Assembly (NCBI GenBank): GCA_031265995.1
Contig: JAISBW010000025.1
Span: forward strand, 9,264-73,263
Direction: 5' to 3'
Source: Oscillospiraceae bacterium
GTDB taxonomy: Bacteria > Bacillota > Clostridia > Oscillospirales > Acutalibacteraceae
DNA: 64,000 bases
Part shown: positions 40,205-49,896 of the stretch, piece after piece
Layout of the letters: each line of letters starts with the position of its first letter
Numbering within the stretch: position 1 is the stretch's first letter
Made by a program: the position numbers and the translations under genes
Notes under the pieces: model-generated
What the model was told of the DNA's origin: nothing
The model's input: only the letters and a program-made list of their open reading frames with translations
Databases searched by the model: none

Positions 40205-42022
40205 TTGAAATTTGTTTCGGTTGTCGTCCCCCTGTTCAATGAAGAAAGATATATCGATGATTTAATAAGTTCGATTTTAAAACAAGATTATAGTAAAGAA
40301 AACCTGGAAATATTATTTATAGACGGTGGTTCTTGTGATCTAACTCTTAAAATTATAGAAAAAAATATAAATTCTTCTTGCTTTGATATAAAATTAATAA
40401 ACAACCCGATGCGTACAGTCCAGCACGCGATGAATTTAGGGATAAAAAATTCAAAAGGCGAAATAATCGTAAGAATGGATGCCCATGCCGTTTATTCGCC
40501 GGATTATGTCTCAAAATGTGTTGAAGTCATTAGAAAAACAGGCGCTCAAAATGTTGGCGGGTTAATGCTTGCCAAAGGCAAAACAAAAATGCAAAAAATT
40601 ATCGCGGCCGCTTATCATATTAAATTTGTCCTTGGAGGCGGAAAGAATCACGATGAAAATTACGAAGGTTTTACGGATACCGTTTTTCTTGGGGCGTTTA
40701 ATAAAAAATATTTAAATATGATTGGCATGTATGACGAAAATTTTATTATTAATGAAGACGACGAATTAAATTATAGAATTATTGAAAACGGAGGTAAGAT
40801 TTTTGTTACGCCAGAGATAAAAAGTGTTTATTATCCGAGGGATAATATAAAAGAATTATTTAAACAGTACTTAAATTACGGACTTTGGAAGGTAGCAGTA
40901 ATAAAAAAACATAAAAAACCGGCTAGAATTTCTCATTTAGTGCCTGCTTTATTTGTTGTTTTTTTGTTATTTTTCCCGTCTTTATTTTTTGTTTATAAAT
41001 CGCTTTTTTTCTCATATATTTTAGTTCTAGTTATTTACGCTTGTCTAAATATTTATTTTTCGTTTGGAAGTAAAATCATATCTGGTTTTTTTGAAAAAAT
41101 TACGCTTGCCTGGGTTAGTTTTATAATCCATACATCTTACGGATTGGGGTTTTTATTTGGATTATTTAAATTTTGTTTTAAAAAATTTAAAAAAAGTTAT
41201 TCAAAAATAAAAATTTCGCCTGAAAATTTACGTGAACTACAGTTAAAAAGTTTGGACTTATTTATTCGTTTTAAAGATTTTTGTGAAAAAAACAACTTAA
41301 AGTTTTTCCTTTGCGGTGGGTGTTGTATAGGTGCAATAAGGCATAAAGGGTTCATACCGTGGGATGACGATATCGATGTTTTTATGCCAAGAGAAGATTA
41401 TGAAAGATTATATAGAATTTATAATGAAGAAAATTCCTATTGCATTAAAACTACAGAAAAAGTGTTTTCCGGAAATATTTTTACTACAATAGTCGATAAA
41501 AATACAACACTAATAAAAAAAGAACAGATTGGAACTAAAATACCAAAAGGCATAACAATAGATATTTTGCCGCTCGATGCGTGTCCTTCGAGCTTTTTTG
41601 ATCGAAAAATCCAAAAGATTAGCGCTATGATTTATTCGCTTTATACCGCGCGGGTGATACCTAAAAATCACGGTAAAGCTATTGAGTTAATGGGAAAATT
41701 AGCTTTGAAGTTGGTGTTTAATGATAAGATCAGATATAGGATTTCTAGATTTTGCGAAAAAAATATGTCAAAATATAAAATCGATGAATGCGAATTTTTT
41801 ACCGAACTTTGTTCGGGTCTTGGTTACATGAACAATAAATATCCTAAAGAAATTTTCAAATCATCTATTTTAAAGGAATTCGAAGGAATTTTAGTACCGC
41901 TGCCATATGATTATGATAAATATTTAAAAATCGTTTTTGGGGAATATATGAAACTTCCTCTAAAAGAGGAACGGATTCCACACCACGATATAATTTTTAT
42001 GGATTTGTCTCATGGAAATTAG
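40205..42022 (+). CDS. Fusion protein: GT2 glycosyltransferase, TM region and LicD-family phosphotransferase
   Basis: N-terminus VSVVVPLFNEERYI..FIDGGSCD..NEDDE (GT2). The middle has about 3-4 TM helices. The C-terminus has LKFFLCGGCCIGAIRHKGFIPWDDDIDVFM (LicD motif). The TAG stop overlaps the first base of a MITE. Confidence 0.75.
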   Translation: MKFVSVVVPLFNEERYIDDLISSILKQDYSKENLEILFIDGGSCDLTLKIIEKNINSSCFDIKLINNPMRTVQHAMNLGIKNSKGEIIVRMDAHAVYSPDYVSKCVEVIRKTGAQNVGGLMLAKGKTKMQKIIAAAYHIKFVLGGGKNHDENYEGFTDTVFLGAFNKKYLNMIGMYDENFIINEDDELNYRIIENGGKIFVTPEIKSVYYPRDNIKELFKQYLNYGLWKVAVIKKHKKPARISHLVPALFVVFLLFFPSLFFVYKSLFFSYILVLVIYACLNIYFSFGSKIISGFFEKITLAWVSFIIHTSYGLGFLFGLFKFCFKKFKKSYSKIKISPENLRELQLKSLDLFIRFKDFCEKNNLKFFLCGGCCIGAIRHKGFIPWDDDIDVFMPREDYERLYRIYNEENSYCIKTTEKVFSGNIFTTIVDKNTTLIKKEQIGTKIPKGITIDILPLDACPSSFFDRKIQKISAMIYSLYTARVIPKNHGKAIELMGKLALKLVFNDKIRYRISRFCEKNMSKYKIDECEFFTELCSGLGYMNNKYPKEIFKSSILKEFEGILVPLPYDYDKYLKIVFGEYMKLPLKEERIPHHDIIFMDLSHGN

Positions 42023-42183
42023 AACCTATATTCAAAAGGGCAAATTCCAAATTTTTTAAGAATTTTTCTTCAGCAATGATAAAAAAAACACAATGAATAC
42101 TTTATGTATTCTGAGTATTTTTAATAAAATTTTGAAAAAAATTATTGAAAATTGGGTATTTTGATCCTTTTGAATACAGGTTC
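42022..42183. mobile_element. Family-A MITE between the GT2-LicD gene and tarI
   Basis: GAACCTATATTCAAAAGGG...CCTTTTGAATACAGGTTC with TTA repeats at 42019-42021 and 42184-42186. Confidence 0.9.
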
Positions 42184-42215
42184 TTATATAGCTTAAAAAA
42201 ATTTTGGAGATAGAA

Positions 42216-42932
42216 ATGATTTTTGCCGGAATAGTTGCGGGCGGGATTGGCGCGAGGTTTGGAGGCGATATACCAAAGCAATTTTTAATTCTTGAAAAAA
42301 AACCTATTATTGTTCATACGATTGAGAAGTTTTTGCTTTGTGAAAAATTTGATTCAATTTGCGTAGGAATTCATAAAAACTGGAAGTCTTATACTGAAGA
42401 TATTTTTAAAAAATTTAATTTAAATGACGAGCGTTTATTAGTCACGAGCGGCGGGGAAAATAGGAACGAAACTATTATGAACATAATAAATGCGCTTGAA
42501 TCTAAATTTGAAAAAAATGATGATAACGTTCTTGTTACTCATGACGTCGTGCGGCCGTTTGTTACTTTGAGAATCATTGAAGAAAACATAAAAACGGCAC
42601 TGAAATACGGTGCATGCGATACAGTAGTGCGGTCGCATGATACAGTAGTTGAATCTAATAAAGAAAAAACCGAAATCTTAAATGTTCCCAACAGAGAGTT
42701 TGTTTTTTTAGGTCAGACACCGCAAAGTTTTAACATGAAGAAATTAAGTGAATTTTATAATGAGTTAACATATGAAGAAAAGTCAAATTTGACCGATGCG
42801 TGTAAGATATTCGTCATTAAAGGCGAATCTGTAAAACTCATTGAAGGGGAATTTTCCAACATGAAAATTACAACTGTCGGCGATTATCAGATTGCCCAAA
42901 GTTTGTTCGCCAGGCATTCGGAGAAAGCTTGA
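42216..42932 (+). CDS. tarI: Ribitol-5-phosphate cytidylyltransferase (IspD/TarI family)
   Basis: FAGIVAGGIGARFG..PKQF nucleotidyltransferase motif. The start was set at ATG 42216 (GGAG SD). It is called TarI rather than IspD because it overlaps by 4 bp a zinc-ADH-type reductase (TarJ-like) and follows a LicD gene. Confidence 0.65.
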   Translation: MIFAGIVAGGIGARFGGDIPKQFLILEKKPIIVHTIEKFLLCEKFDSICVGIHKNWKSYTEDIFKKFNLNDERLLVTSGGENRNETIMNIINALESKFEKNDDNVLVTHDVVRPFVTLRIIEENIKTALKYGACDTVVRSHDTVVESNKEKTEILNVPNREFVFLGQTPQSFNMKKLSEFYNELTYEEKSNLTDACKIFVIKGESVKLIEGEFSNMKITTVGDYQIAQSLFARHSEKA

Positions 42933-43939
42933 TTAATTGTATTTATCAGCTTATATCTCCAAAAATTATTGACGTAAAATTTCAAGATATCGACTTTTCA
43001 AAAAAAGTTTTGATAAGGCCGCGTTTTATGTCTGTTTGCCATGCTGATTTAAGATACTATAACGGCAAACGAAAACGTGAGATTTTAGAAAAAAAATTAC
43101 CCATGGCGCTTATTCACGAGTGTTGCGGGGTGGTTTTGCGTGATGAGACTTTAAATTTTCCACAAGGAACAAACGTCGTAATGATCCCAAATGATCCGCC
43201 GAGCGATTTAAAGCCAGGAATATTTGAAAATTACGCGGAAAATTCGAAATTTCTTTCAAGCGGATCAGACGGATTTATGCAAGAATTCATAGTTTTAAAT
43301 CCCGACAGAGTAGTGCCATTTAATTTTGTTGAAGAGACTGTTTTTTGTATTTCGGAGTTAGTAAGCGTAGCGGTTCACGCCGTAAATAGATTTATTAACT
43401 GTTCTCATAAAAATCGTGAGAAAATCGCAGTTTTTGGTGATGGTAGCGTCGGTTTTTTAGTTTCTTTAATTTTAAAAAAAATAATACCTGATGCTTTTGT
43501 TATTTTAATTGGCAAACACACTGAAAAAATCAGGCATTTTTCTTTTGTCGACGATTCTTTTATTGAACTCCATGAAAATTTTAAATTCGATCATGCTTTT
43601 GAGTGCATTGGAAATCAGGGAAGTTCTGAGGCTATTGATAAGATTATAAACCATATAAGACCACAAGGGACTGTAATTCTAATGGGTGTAAGCGAAGAAA
43701 AAATTGCTGTAAATACTCGTAATATTCTTGAAAAAGGTTTAACTTTTATAGGATCTAGCAGATCTGGACGTAAAGATTTTGAAACGGCGGTTGAATTTTT
43801 GGAAAATGAAGAATTCAGAAATCGCGTTTCTTCAATTCTTTCATTTGAGGGCAGCGTAAACAAAATAAACGATATACATAAAATTTTTGAAAAATCCCTA
43901 ACAATTCCTTTTAAACTGGCATTCAAATGGAATTTATAA
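42929..43939 (+). CDS. tarJ: Zinc-dependent alcohol-dehydrogenase-family ribulose-5-phosphate reductase
   Basis: MDR/ADH fold motifs (VCHADLRY, HECCG, GDGSVG Rossmann). TTG start overlapping the tarI stop (TTGA). Confidence 0.6.
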   Translation: MINCIYQLISPKIIDVKFQDIDFSKKVLIRPRFMSVCHADLRYYNGKRKREILEKKLPMALIHECCGVVLRDETLNFPQGTNVVMIPNDPPSDLKPGIFENYAENSKFLSSGSDGFMQEFIVLNPDRVVPFNFVEETVFCISELVSVAVHAVNRFINCSHKNREKIAVFGDGSVGFLVSLILKKIIPDAFVILIGKHTEKIRHFSFVDDSFIELHENFKFDHAFECIGNQGSSEAIDKIINHIRPQGTVILMGVSEEKIAVNTRNILEKGLTFIGSSRSGRKDFETAVEFLENEEFRNRVSSILSFEGSVNKINDIHKIFEKSLTIPFKLAFKWNL

Positions 43940-43969
43940 GAGTGAGAATACCCCGGACATTCAATAAAA

Positions 43970-44040
43970 CTTGGAATTTACCCTTTTTGAACACGGGCCT
44001 CAAGATCCTGTCTAATGTCTCTAAATAGTGCAGATTTTAT
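43970..44040. repeat. Degenerate family-A right end followed by a family-B left end
   Basis: acttggaatttaccctttttgaacacgggcctc, then gatcctgtctaatgtctctaaatagtgcagattttat. Confidence 0.6.
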
Positions 44041-44046
44041 TAAGAA

Positions 44047-44295
44047 TTACTGCACTTCTTTGCTAATTTTAAGTTTTTGATTATCGCTTTTTTTCCATTC
44101 TCCGTATCCCCAAAAACTTATAACTAAATTAATAACCCCCATTGCCAGACAACCATAAAGACCTTTTTGTATATCGAATATAATCCACACAATCTCGCTC
44201 AACATCTTTAAAGCAAAATGATATCTATTTTGCTTCACTTTTAAGACACTGCTCGCAACACTTACAATTATTAACGCGAACTCAATAGTTTCCAC
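44047..44295 (-). CDS. Small 3-TM membrane protein (PnuC-half / SemiSWEET-like?)
   Basis: 82 aa with three hydrophobic helices and a C-terminal FWGYGEWKK, reminiscent of PnuC-type repeats. The family assignment is weak. Confidence 0.35.
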   Translation of the reverse strand: METIEFALIIVSVASSVLKVKQNRYHFALKMLSEIVWIIFDIQKGLYGCLAMGVINLVISFWGYGEWKKSDNQKLKISKEVQ

Positions 44296-44647
44296 TGAGA
44301 TTTTGCCTCAATAAATATTTTGAAGACTTTGTTCCTTATTTGTTATTGCGCAGTTGCTAACTTGTCCATATTAAATAGTTCTAAAAACCAAATTGAATTC
44401 CTAAAAAAACTTCGATCATCTTATAACATGAGAATTGTGTTTCGAAAAACAAAACAACTTTGGGCAATTGTATCATATTTTTTAAGTATTGTCAATTTGC
44501 AAAATATAACAAAACTGCTCAAAACGTTTTTCTAAAGAAATTGAAAACCCGCTCTCATAAACTATTAAACACTACAGCTGACCTATTTTTCAAAAAGTCT
44601 CAGTTAGATTATAAAACAGGTATGTCATGAAAAATAGTTGAAGTTTA

Positions 44648-45649
44648 TCAAAGCCCTATTTTTTCATAAATGCGTGAAAGCGTAATTGATGCTTTTTCTG
44701 ACGCCTTTCGTGTGGATTCTTTTTGGCATTTTTCAAGAAAATCTTTATCTTTTATTAATAAATCGAATTTTTTTTGAATAGAAGAAAATTTCTCAATAAT
44801 GGCCTCAGCAACTTTGTTTTTGAAAAATCCATAGCCTTTGTTTTCGAATTCAATTTCAATTTCCAAAAAAGTTTTATTTGTTATGCATGAATATATCACA
44901 ATCAGATTGTTAATTCCGGTGGTTTCGTTTTCAGTAAATTTTACTGAAGATTCAGAATCAGTTACCGCTCGTTTTATTTTTTTGATAATTAAATCCGGTT
45001 TATCTAGAATAAAAATAGTAGAATCTTCATCTAAAGAGGATTTCGACATTTTTTTTTCGGGGTTTTTCAATGACATTATTTTAGCTCCAAGCTTAGGGAT
45101 TAAAGGCTCGGGTAAAATAAAAGTTTCTCCGTATGTGGAATTAAACCTTTGAGCAATATTGCGTGCAATTTCAACATGTTGTTTTTGATCCCTGCCAACA
45201 GGGACGAAATTTGTGTCATAAAGTAAGATATCCGCCGCCATTAAGCATGGATAGGTAAACAATCCTGCGTTAATATTTTCAGTGTGTTGCTTAGATTTAT
45301 CTTTAAATTGCGTCATACGAGAAAGCTCACCTATTTGTGTATGGCAATTAAGTATCCAAGCCAATTGAGAATGCGCCGTAACATGGCTTTGTATAAAAAA
45401 ATTGCATTTTTCAGGTTCGATTCCACATGCAATAAAAAGAGCGTAATTACGAATTACATTTTCTTTTAATTCTTTAGGTTTTTGCCTAACAGTAATTGCA
45501 TGCAAATCAGCAAGCGCAAAAATACAATCGTATTCATCTTGCATGTCGCGCCAATTTTTTATTGCTCCTAAATAATTCCCAAGAGTAGCATTACCGCTTG
45601 GCTGAATTGCACTGAATACAATCTTTTTTTTATATTTTATCAAAAACAC
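44648..45649 (-). CDS. trpS: Tryptophanyl-tRNA synthetase
   Basis: Class I signature FSAIQPSGNATLGNYLGAI, the KMSKS loop and GxDQ (VGRDQKQH). 333 aa. Confidence 0.9.
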   Translation of the reverse strand: MFLIKYKKKIVFSAIQPSGNATLGNYLGAIKNWRDMQDEYDCIFALADLHAITVRQKPKELKENVIRNYALFIACGIEPEKCNFFIQSHVTAHSQLAWILNCHTQIGELSRMTQFKDKSKQHTENINAGLFTYPCLMAADILLYDTNFVPVGRDQKQHVEIARNIAQRFNSTYGETFILPEPLIPKLGAKIMSLKNPEKKMSKSSLDEDSTIFILDKPDLIIKKIKRAVTDSESSVKFTENETTGINNLIVIYSCITNKTFLEIEIEFENKGYGFFKNKVAEAIIEKFSSIQKKFDLLIKDKDFLEKCQKESTRKASEKASITLSRIYEKIGL

Positions 45650-45966
45650 ACTCCTATATTTGGTTTTATTTTATAATTTATAATAACAAATTCAAGGAAA
45701 ATTTTGAACAATTTCTATTGAAAATTATGTAGTTTGGCTGACACCAGGCAAGGAATTCGAAAAGAAAATTAGAAAAATTCATTTTAAAGTGGCGTTTCAT
45801 AATCTGTAAGAACGAATTCTTAATAAAAATTATTCAAAATTTTCTTTAAAATTGACATTCCAATTTCGTTAGAATTAGATTATTAGATTATACCACTAAA
45901 AACTGACTTTAAAATTTGTTTATTCATACAAATAGTTGATTTAAATTGTATTTTTTTAGAAAATCA

Positions 45967-45995
45967 TTGACTAAAGAACAAATATATAGTACTAT
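45967..45995 (+). promoter_or_regulatory. Possible promoter upstream of spo0A
   Basis: TTGACT (45967-45972), a 17-nt spacer, then TACTAT (45990-45995). Chance matches are frequent in DNA this AT-rich. Confidence 0.25.
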
Positions 45996-46072
45996 TTTAC
46001 TAGATTTGATAAAACGCGTCAAATAAGCTTTTTTATAGACCTTGAATATTTTTAGAAGGAGTACATACTTAC

Positions 46073-46855
46073 ATGATGGAAAAATTTATTAATGTTTTGA
46101 TTTCCGAAGACAGCGAAATGTTTTTGAACAAGGCACCGAGGATTTTTGCCGATTATTCAATTAGTGTTAATTTTGCGCCAAAAGACGGCGTAAAAGTCAT
46201 AGAAGCAACAAAAACTCAGCGTCCGGATTTTGTCGTAACCGATCTTTTTATGCCAAGGACCGACGCTATAGGGGTTATATCTAAAATAAAAAAATGCGCC
46301 GACGTTTCACCAGAATTTATAATAACTTCAAGTTTTTTAAATCAAACGCTTGAACGAGAAGTTATGAGCGCAGGTGCTGCTTATTTTATGCTTAAACCGT
46401 TTGAAATTTGCGAACTCGCCGAAAGGATAATTAGAATTTCCGCGTTAAGTCAAAAAAAGATAGAATTACCCGATAATGATGGAAATGAGATGGAAATTAA
46501 AGTTACTGATATTTTGCACGAAATAGGCGTTCCTGCTCACATTAAAGGCTATCAGTATTTGCGAAGTTCCATCATGATTTCCATAAATAATCCTGATCTT
46601 ATAAATGCGGTTACAAAACAACTTTATCCCGCGGTTGCGAAAGGATATAAAACAACGTCTTCTCGTGTAGAAAGAGCTATGCGGCACGCGATTGAAGTCG
46701 CTTGGGATCGTGGAAATGTCGACGTTCTTAATTCGCATTTTGGTTATACGATACAAAACTCCAGAGGAAAACCTACAAATGCCGAATTTATAGCCATGAT
46801 CAGCGATAAATTAAGACTTCAGATAAAGGGTAAGAAAATGGTAATGTGCCGGTAG
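46073..46855 (+). CDS. spo0A: Sporulation master response regulator Spo0A
   Basis: Receiver domain (FVVTDLFMP, LKPF) plus the Spo0A-specific C-terminal domain: HEIGVPAHIKGYQYLR, TSSRVERAMRHAIEVAW, KPTNAEFIA. Confidence 0.9.
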   Translation: MMEKFINVLISEDSEMFLNKAPRIFADYSISVNFAPKDGVKVIEATKTQRPDFVVTDLFMPRTDAIGVISKIKKCADVSPEFIITSSFLNQTLEREVMSAGAAYFMLKPFEICELAERIIRISALSQKKIELPDNDGNEMEIKVTDILHEIGVPAHIKGYQYLRSSIMISINNPDLINAVTKQLYPAVAKGYKTTSSRVERAMRHAIEVAWDRGNVDVLNSHFGYTIQNSRGKPTNAEFIAMISDKLRLQIKGKKMVMCR

Positions 46856-46862
46856 CGATTAA

Positions 46863-47062
46863 GAATCTGTATTCAAAGAGGAAAAAAACACAATGAATAC
46901 TTTATGTATTCTGAGTATTTTTGACAAAATTTTGAAAAAAATTATTGAAAATTGGGTATTTTGATCCTTTTGAATACAGGTTCCAAAATTTAAAGCGCGA
47001 GGAAGGCGAATACTAGCGTATTTAACTAACGAGCAATGCAAAATTTTAAAATTTTAACTAAA
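46863..47062. repeat. Family-A MITE (121 bp, left-arm deletion) abutting an internal family-B fragment
   Basis: GAATCTGTATTCAAAGAGG...CCTTTTGAATACAGGTTC (46863-46983), then aaaatttaaagcgcgaggaaggcgaatactagcgtatttaactaacgagcaatgcaaaattttaaaattttaacta. Confidence 0.8.
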
Positions 47063-47070
47063 TTCTTGAG

Positions 47071-47934
47071 CTATTTGTTTTTAATTGAATTTAATGTGAT
47101 ATTCGTAAAAAAATTAATCGCAAAAACAAAAATTAGCAATATTAGCGCGTACAAAAAAGCAATCGCAACAGAATCGTCCGTATTTGCTTGTTTAACTGTC
47201 TGATAGAGATGTAGTGTTAAAGTTCTTCCGCTTGAAAACATGTGAGAAAAAAAATTTTTCGGCATTTTACACATCATTCCGGAAGTGTATATCAAGGCGG
47301 CGGATTCTCCGGCTATTTTCCCGATGCAGAGCATTATTCCAGTAAAAATCCCAGGTACGGCGCAAGGTATTGTAGCGCTTCTTAGGGTTTTAGCTCTCCC
47401 TGCGCCAAGAGAAAAAGAAGCCTCTTCATAGGTTAATGGAACAGAATTTATCGCCTCTTCTGAGGCTTTTATTATGGTCGGAAGTGTACATAAAACCATT
47501 GTGAGACAGCCTGCAATGATTGAAGTCCCCATTCCCAGTTTTATACAAAAAAAATCATATCCGAATAAACCTAATACCAATGATGGTAAACCAGAAAAAA
47601 TTTCAATCGTAAAATGCAATACACGTGAAAAAATTCCTTTTTTTGAATATTTCGAAAGCCAAATTGCTGTTCCGATCCCTATCGGAAGTACAAAAAAAAG
47701 CGCAAGAATGATGATATACAGTGTATTTATTATTGTAGCCAGCATATTTTTTCCATTGAGTATGTTTTTGTTTAAAAAATCCAAATTAACATACATGGCT
47801 GATTTTACTAAAATATAAACAACAACCGACAATAACACAAAAAATACGGCAAAAGCCGAAAAATAGGTTACTGACCTAAGAACAAAACTTATAAATTTTG
47901 TTTTTTTTATGTGTTTTTCGTTATTAAAAATCAA
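47071..47934 (-). CDS. pstA: Phosphate ABC transporter permease PstA (orphan)
   Basis: 6-TM ABC permease with EAA loop EEASFSLGAGRAKTLRSATIPCAVPGI and GESAALIYTSG (PstA-like GETAPL). No pstS, pstC or pstB is adjacent. Confidence 0.65.
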   Translation of the reverse strand: MIFNNEKHIKKTKFISFVLRSVTYFSAFAVFFVLLSVVVYILVKSAMYVNLDFLNKNILNGKNMLATIINTLYIIILALFFVLPIGIGTAIWLSKYSKKGIFSRVLHFTIEIFSGLPSLVLGLFGYDFFCIKLGMGTSIIAGCLTMVLCTLPTIIKASEEAINSVPLTYEEASFSLGAGRAKTLRSATIPCAVPGIFTGIMLCIGKIAGESAALIYTSGMMCKMPKNFFSHMFSSGRTLTLHLYQTVKQANTDDSVAIAFLYALILLIFVFAINFFTNITLNSIKNK

Positions 47935-48089
47935 TCTTATTTTTATCCTATCTTCTCTAAAGAAAAATTTAAAGTCTAACTTTTTTAGTAATACATTGCG
48001 AAGTATACTTTTTAAATAATACTATTGCAAGAGTTTTTTAAAAAATATTAAAAGATTTATAATTATTCATGATTTTTTCGCACTTCTAA

Positions 48090-48174
48090 GAACCTGTATT
48101 CAAAAGGGCAAATTCCAAATTTTTGAAAAAAATTATTGAAAATTGGGTATTTTGATCCTTTTGAATACAGGTTC
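48090..48174. mobile_element. Mini family-A MITE (85 bp)
   Basis: Both termini and sub-terminal arms are kept and the centre is deleted. TAA repeats lie at 48087-48089 and 48175-48177. Confidence 0.85.
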
Positions 48175-48246
48175 TAAATATTTCCGACAATATTTTTAAT
48201 TTAAATAATTTATTTTTATTGTTTTAAACAATTATTTAAAAATCTA

Positions 48247-48275
48247 TTGAAACTTAGTAATGATTAATATATAAT
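48247..48275 (+). promoter_or_regulatory. Candidate sigma-A promoter
   Basis: TTGAAA (48247-48252), a 17-nt spacer, then TATAAT (48270-48275). It is 55 nt upstream of ATG 48331. Confidence 0.45.
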
Positions 48276-48330
48276 TTAATCATAAGCTTTGCTGCATTGC
48301 TTAATTTTATTTTATAAAAAGGAGTTCGAT

Positions 48331-49020
48331 ATGAGTTTTTTTAAAAAAGCCTTTAGTTTGGCTTGTGTTTTAGCTTGTTTTTCAGGATTTATTTCAAATG
48401 GGGTTTCAGCAGGGAAAGTAGTTTATACGGCAGAAGCTAAAAGAGATCCAAAAGATGAATATAGACTATTGGTATCAGAAGATTCACTGGTTCCTGAGTC
48501 TAAACAAATTTTAAGACAATTTTTAGAATTGTTTCCATTAGTGCCACTGAATAAACCGGTGAGATCACCATTTGGTTTTGATAATGCTCCATTCTTTGAG
48601 GTCGGAAAAGTCATTGAAGGAATGGAAGGAAGAGAAGAGGTGGGTATTCCTTTAGTAAAAGATGGAAGCTTGGCTTTTGTTGTTTTCGAATCAATAGTAA
48701 GTCCACAGATGAAAAAAATCGTAGGGAGATGCCGCCCAACATTTAATCCTGATGGAACAATTAGTCTTAACCTCAATGGTCGCCCGTCTTCGTTTCCGGA
48801 TTCTGTTGTTTTAACCATTACAGAGCATACAGGTTTCAATCCAAAAAAACTTTTTCAAGAAATAAAAGAACGTGCAGAAAGTAGGCGTCATTTTCGAATC
48901 CAAACTGAGCGTGGGAGTCGAATTTATTTCCCTTGCGATGAACAGACAGAAAATGAGTATGATCGTTTGCTTCAACATCTCGGTGCTGCATTCTGCTTAC
49001 CATCAAGTGTTGAAGAATAA
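48331..49020 (+). CDS. Secreted/lipoprotein-like hypothetical protein, paralogue 1
   Basis: ATG 48331 is preceded by an AAGGAG SD (the track start at 48289 is upstream of the SD). Signal peptide MSFFKKAFSLACVLACFSGFISNGVSA. It shares SPFGF..GMEG..NGRP..FP blocks with the next gene. Confidence 0.65.
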   Translation: MSFFKKAFSLACVLACFSGFISNGVSAGKVVYTAEAKRDPKDEYRLLVSEDSLVPESKQILRQFLELFPLVPLNKPVRSPFGFDNAPFFEVGKVIEGMEGREEVGIPLVKDGSLAFVVFESIVSPQMKKIVGRCRPTFNPDGTISLNLNGRPSSFPDSVVLTITEHTGFNPKKLFQEIKERAESRRHFRIQTERGSRIYFPCDEQTENEYDRLLQHLGAAFCLPSSVEE

Positions 49021-49086
49021 TCGATAATAATTTAATTATAAGCTTTGCTGCATTGCTTAATTTTATTTTATAAAAGGAGTTTCGAT

Positions 49087-49896
49087 ATGAGTTTTTTAAA
49101 AAAAGCCTTTAGTTTGGCTTGTGTTTTGGCTTGTTTTTCAGGATTTATTTCAAATTGGGTTTCAGCGTTCGAGGTTTTTGAGGTAATTGCTAGAAGAAAT
49201 CCAAGTGATGAATACGAGCTATTGTATGATAAAGGAAGTTCTCCATCAAATTCTGAACTTAATGAAATTTTTGGACAGCTTACAACACTCTATTCGGGTA
49301 GAGGGTCGGGAGTGCAGAGTAAATCGCCATTTGGTTTTGTAAATAATGTTCCGTCTTGGTTTCCGTCTAGGGAACTCAGTAAAGTTATTACAGGAATGGA
49401 AGGATGCGAAGAGGATGGCTTTTTCCTTAGAAAAGAAAACGGAGATTTAATTTTTGTTACTTTTAGTACAACTCCGGAATCATTTGGTGTTTGCTGGGAT
49501 TTTGGTGGAAGTAAAAAACTTTTTTTAACTTTTACAGAAGAGGAAGCTACTGAAGGCAGAACTCTGTATGAACTTGGGGATTTAGCTTCAGGAACCCCTT
49601 GGAAAGATCCTAGCATTGATGCGGGAAGTGAAATTTTAGTCAAGTTAGAACCATTTATGAAAGAACCGAGTAAAAGTTGTCCAATAAGTTTTGATAGAGA
49701 TGTAATATTCAGACTTAATTATAACGGAAGACCGTATCTCTTTCCAAACGTTGTTAGGGTTTTCATAAAGGTGCATGAAATAACACAACCTCAAAAAGAA
49801 AATTTTATAGGAAGAATGAAAAAAGAAGTAATAGGAATACTTGGCTGGCCTGAATGGCTTAACTATCTTGTTAGTGGAGTTTTACCGACTCAATAA
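49087..49896 (+). CDS. Secreted/lipoprotein-like hypothetical protein, paralogue 2
   Basis: ATG 49087 with an AAGGAG SD. The signal peptide is almost identical to paralogue 1. The mature part is homologous but strongly diverged. Confidence 0.65.
   Translation: MSFLKKAFSLACVLACFSGFISNWVSAFEVFEVIARRNPSDEYELLYDKGSSPSNSELNEIFGQLTTLYSGRGSGVQSKSPFGFVNNVPSWFPSRELSKVITGMEGCEEDGFFLRKENGDLIFVTFSTTPESFGVCWDFGGSKKLFLTFTEEEATEGRTLYELGDLASGTPWKDPSIDAGSEILVKLEPFMKEPSKSCPISFDRDVIFRLNYNGRPYLFPNVVRVFIKVHEITQPQKENFIGRMKKEVIGILGWPEWLNYLVSGVLPTQ

Noticed and set aside
42204-42932. Calling this gene ispD (MEP pathway), given ispF at 32917..33414.
   Set aside because: It overlaps a TarJ-like zinc-ADH reductase by 4 bp and follows a LicD-domain gene, which is the CDP-ribitol context. 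The call remains uncertain without phylogeny, so the alternative is noted in the feature.
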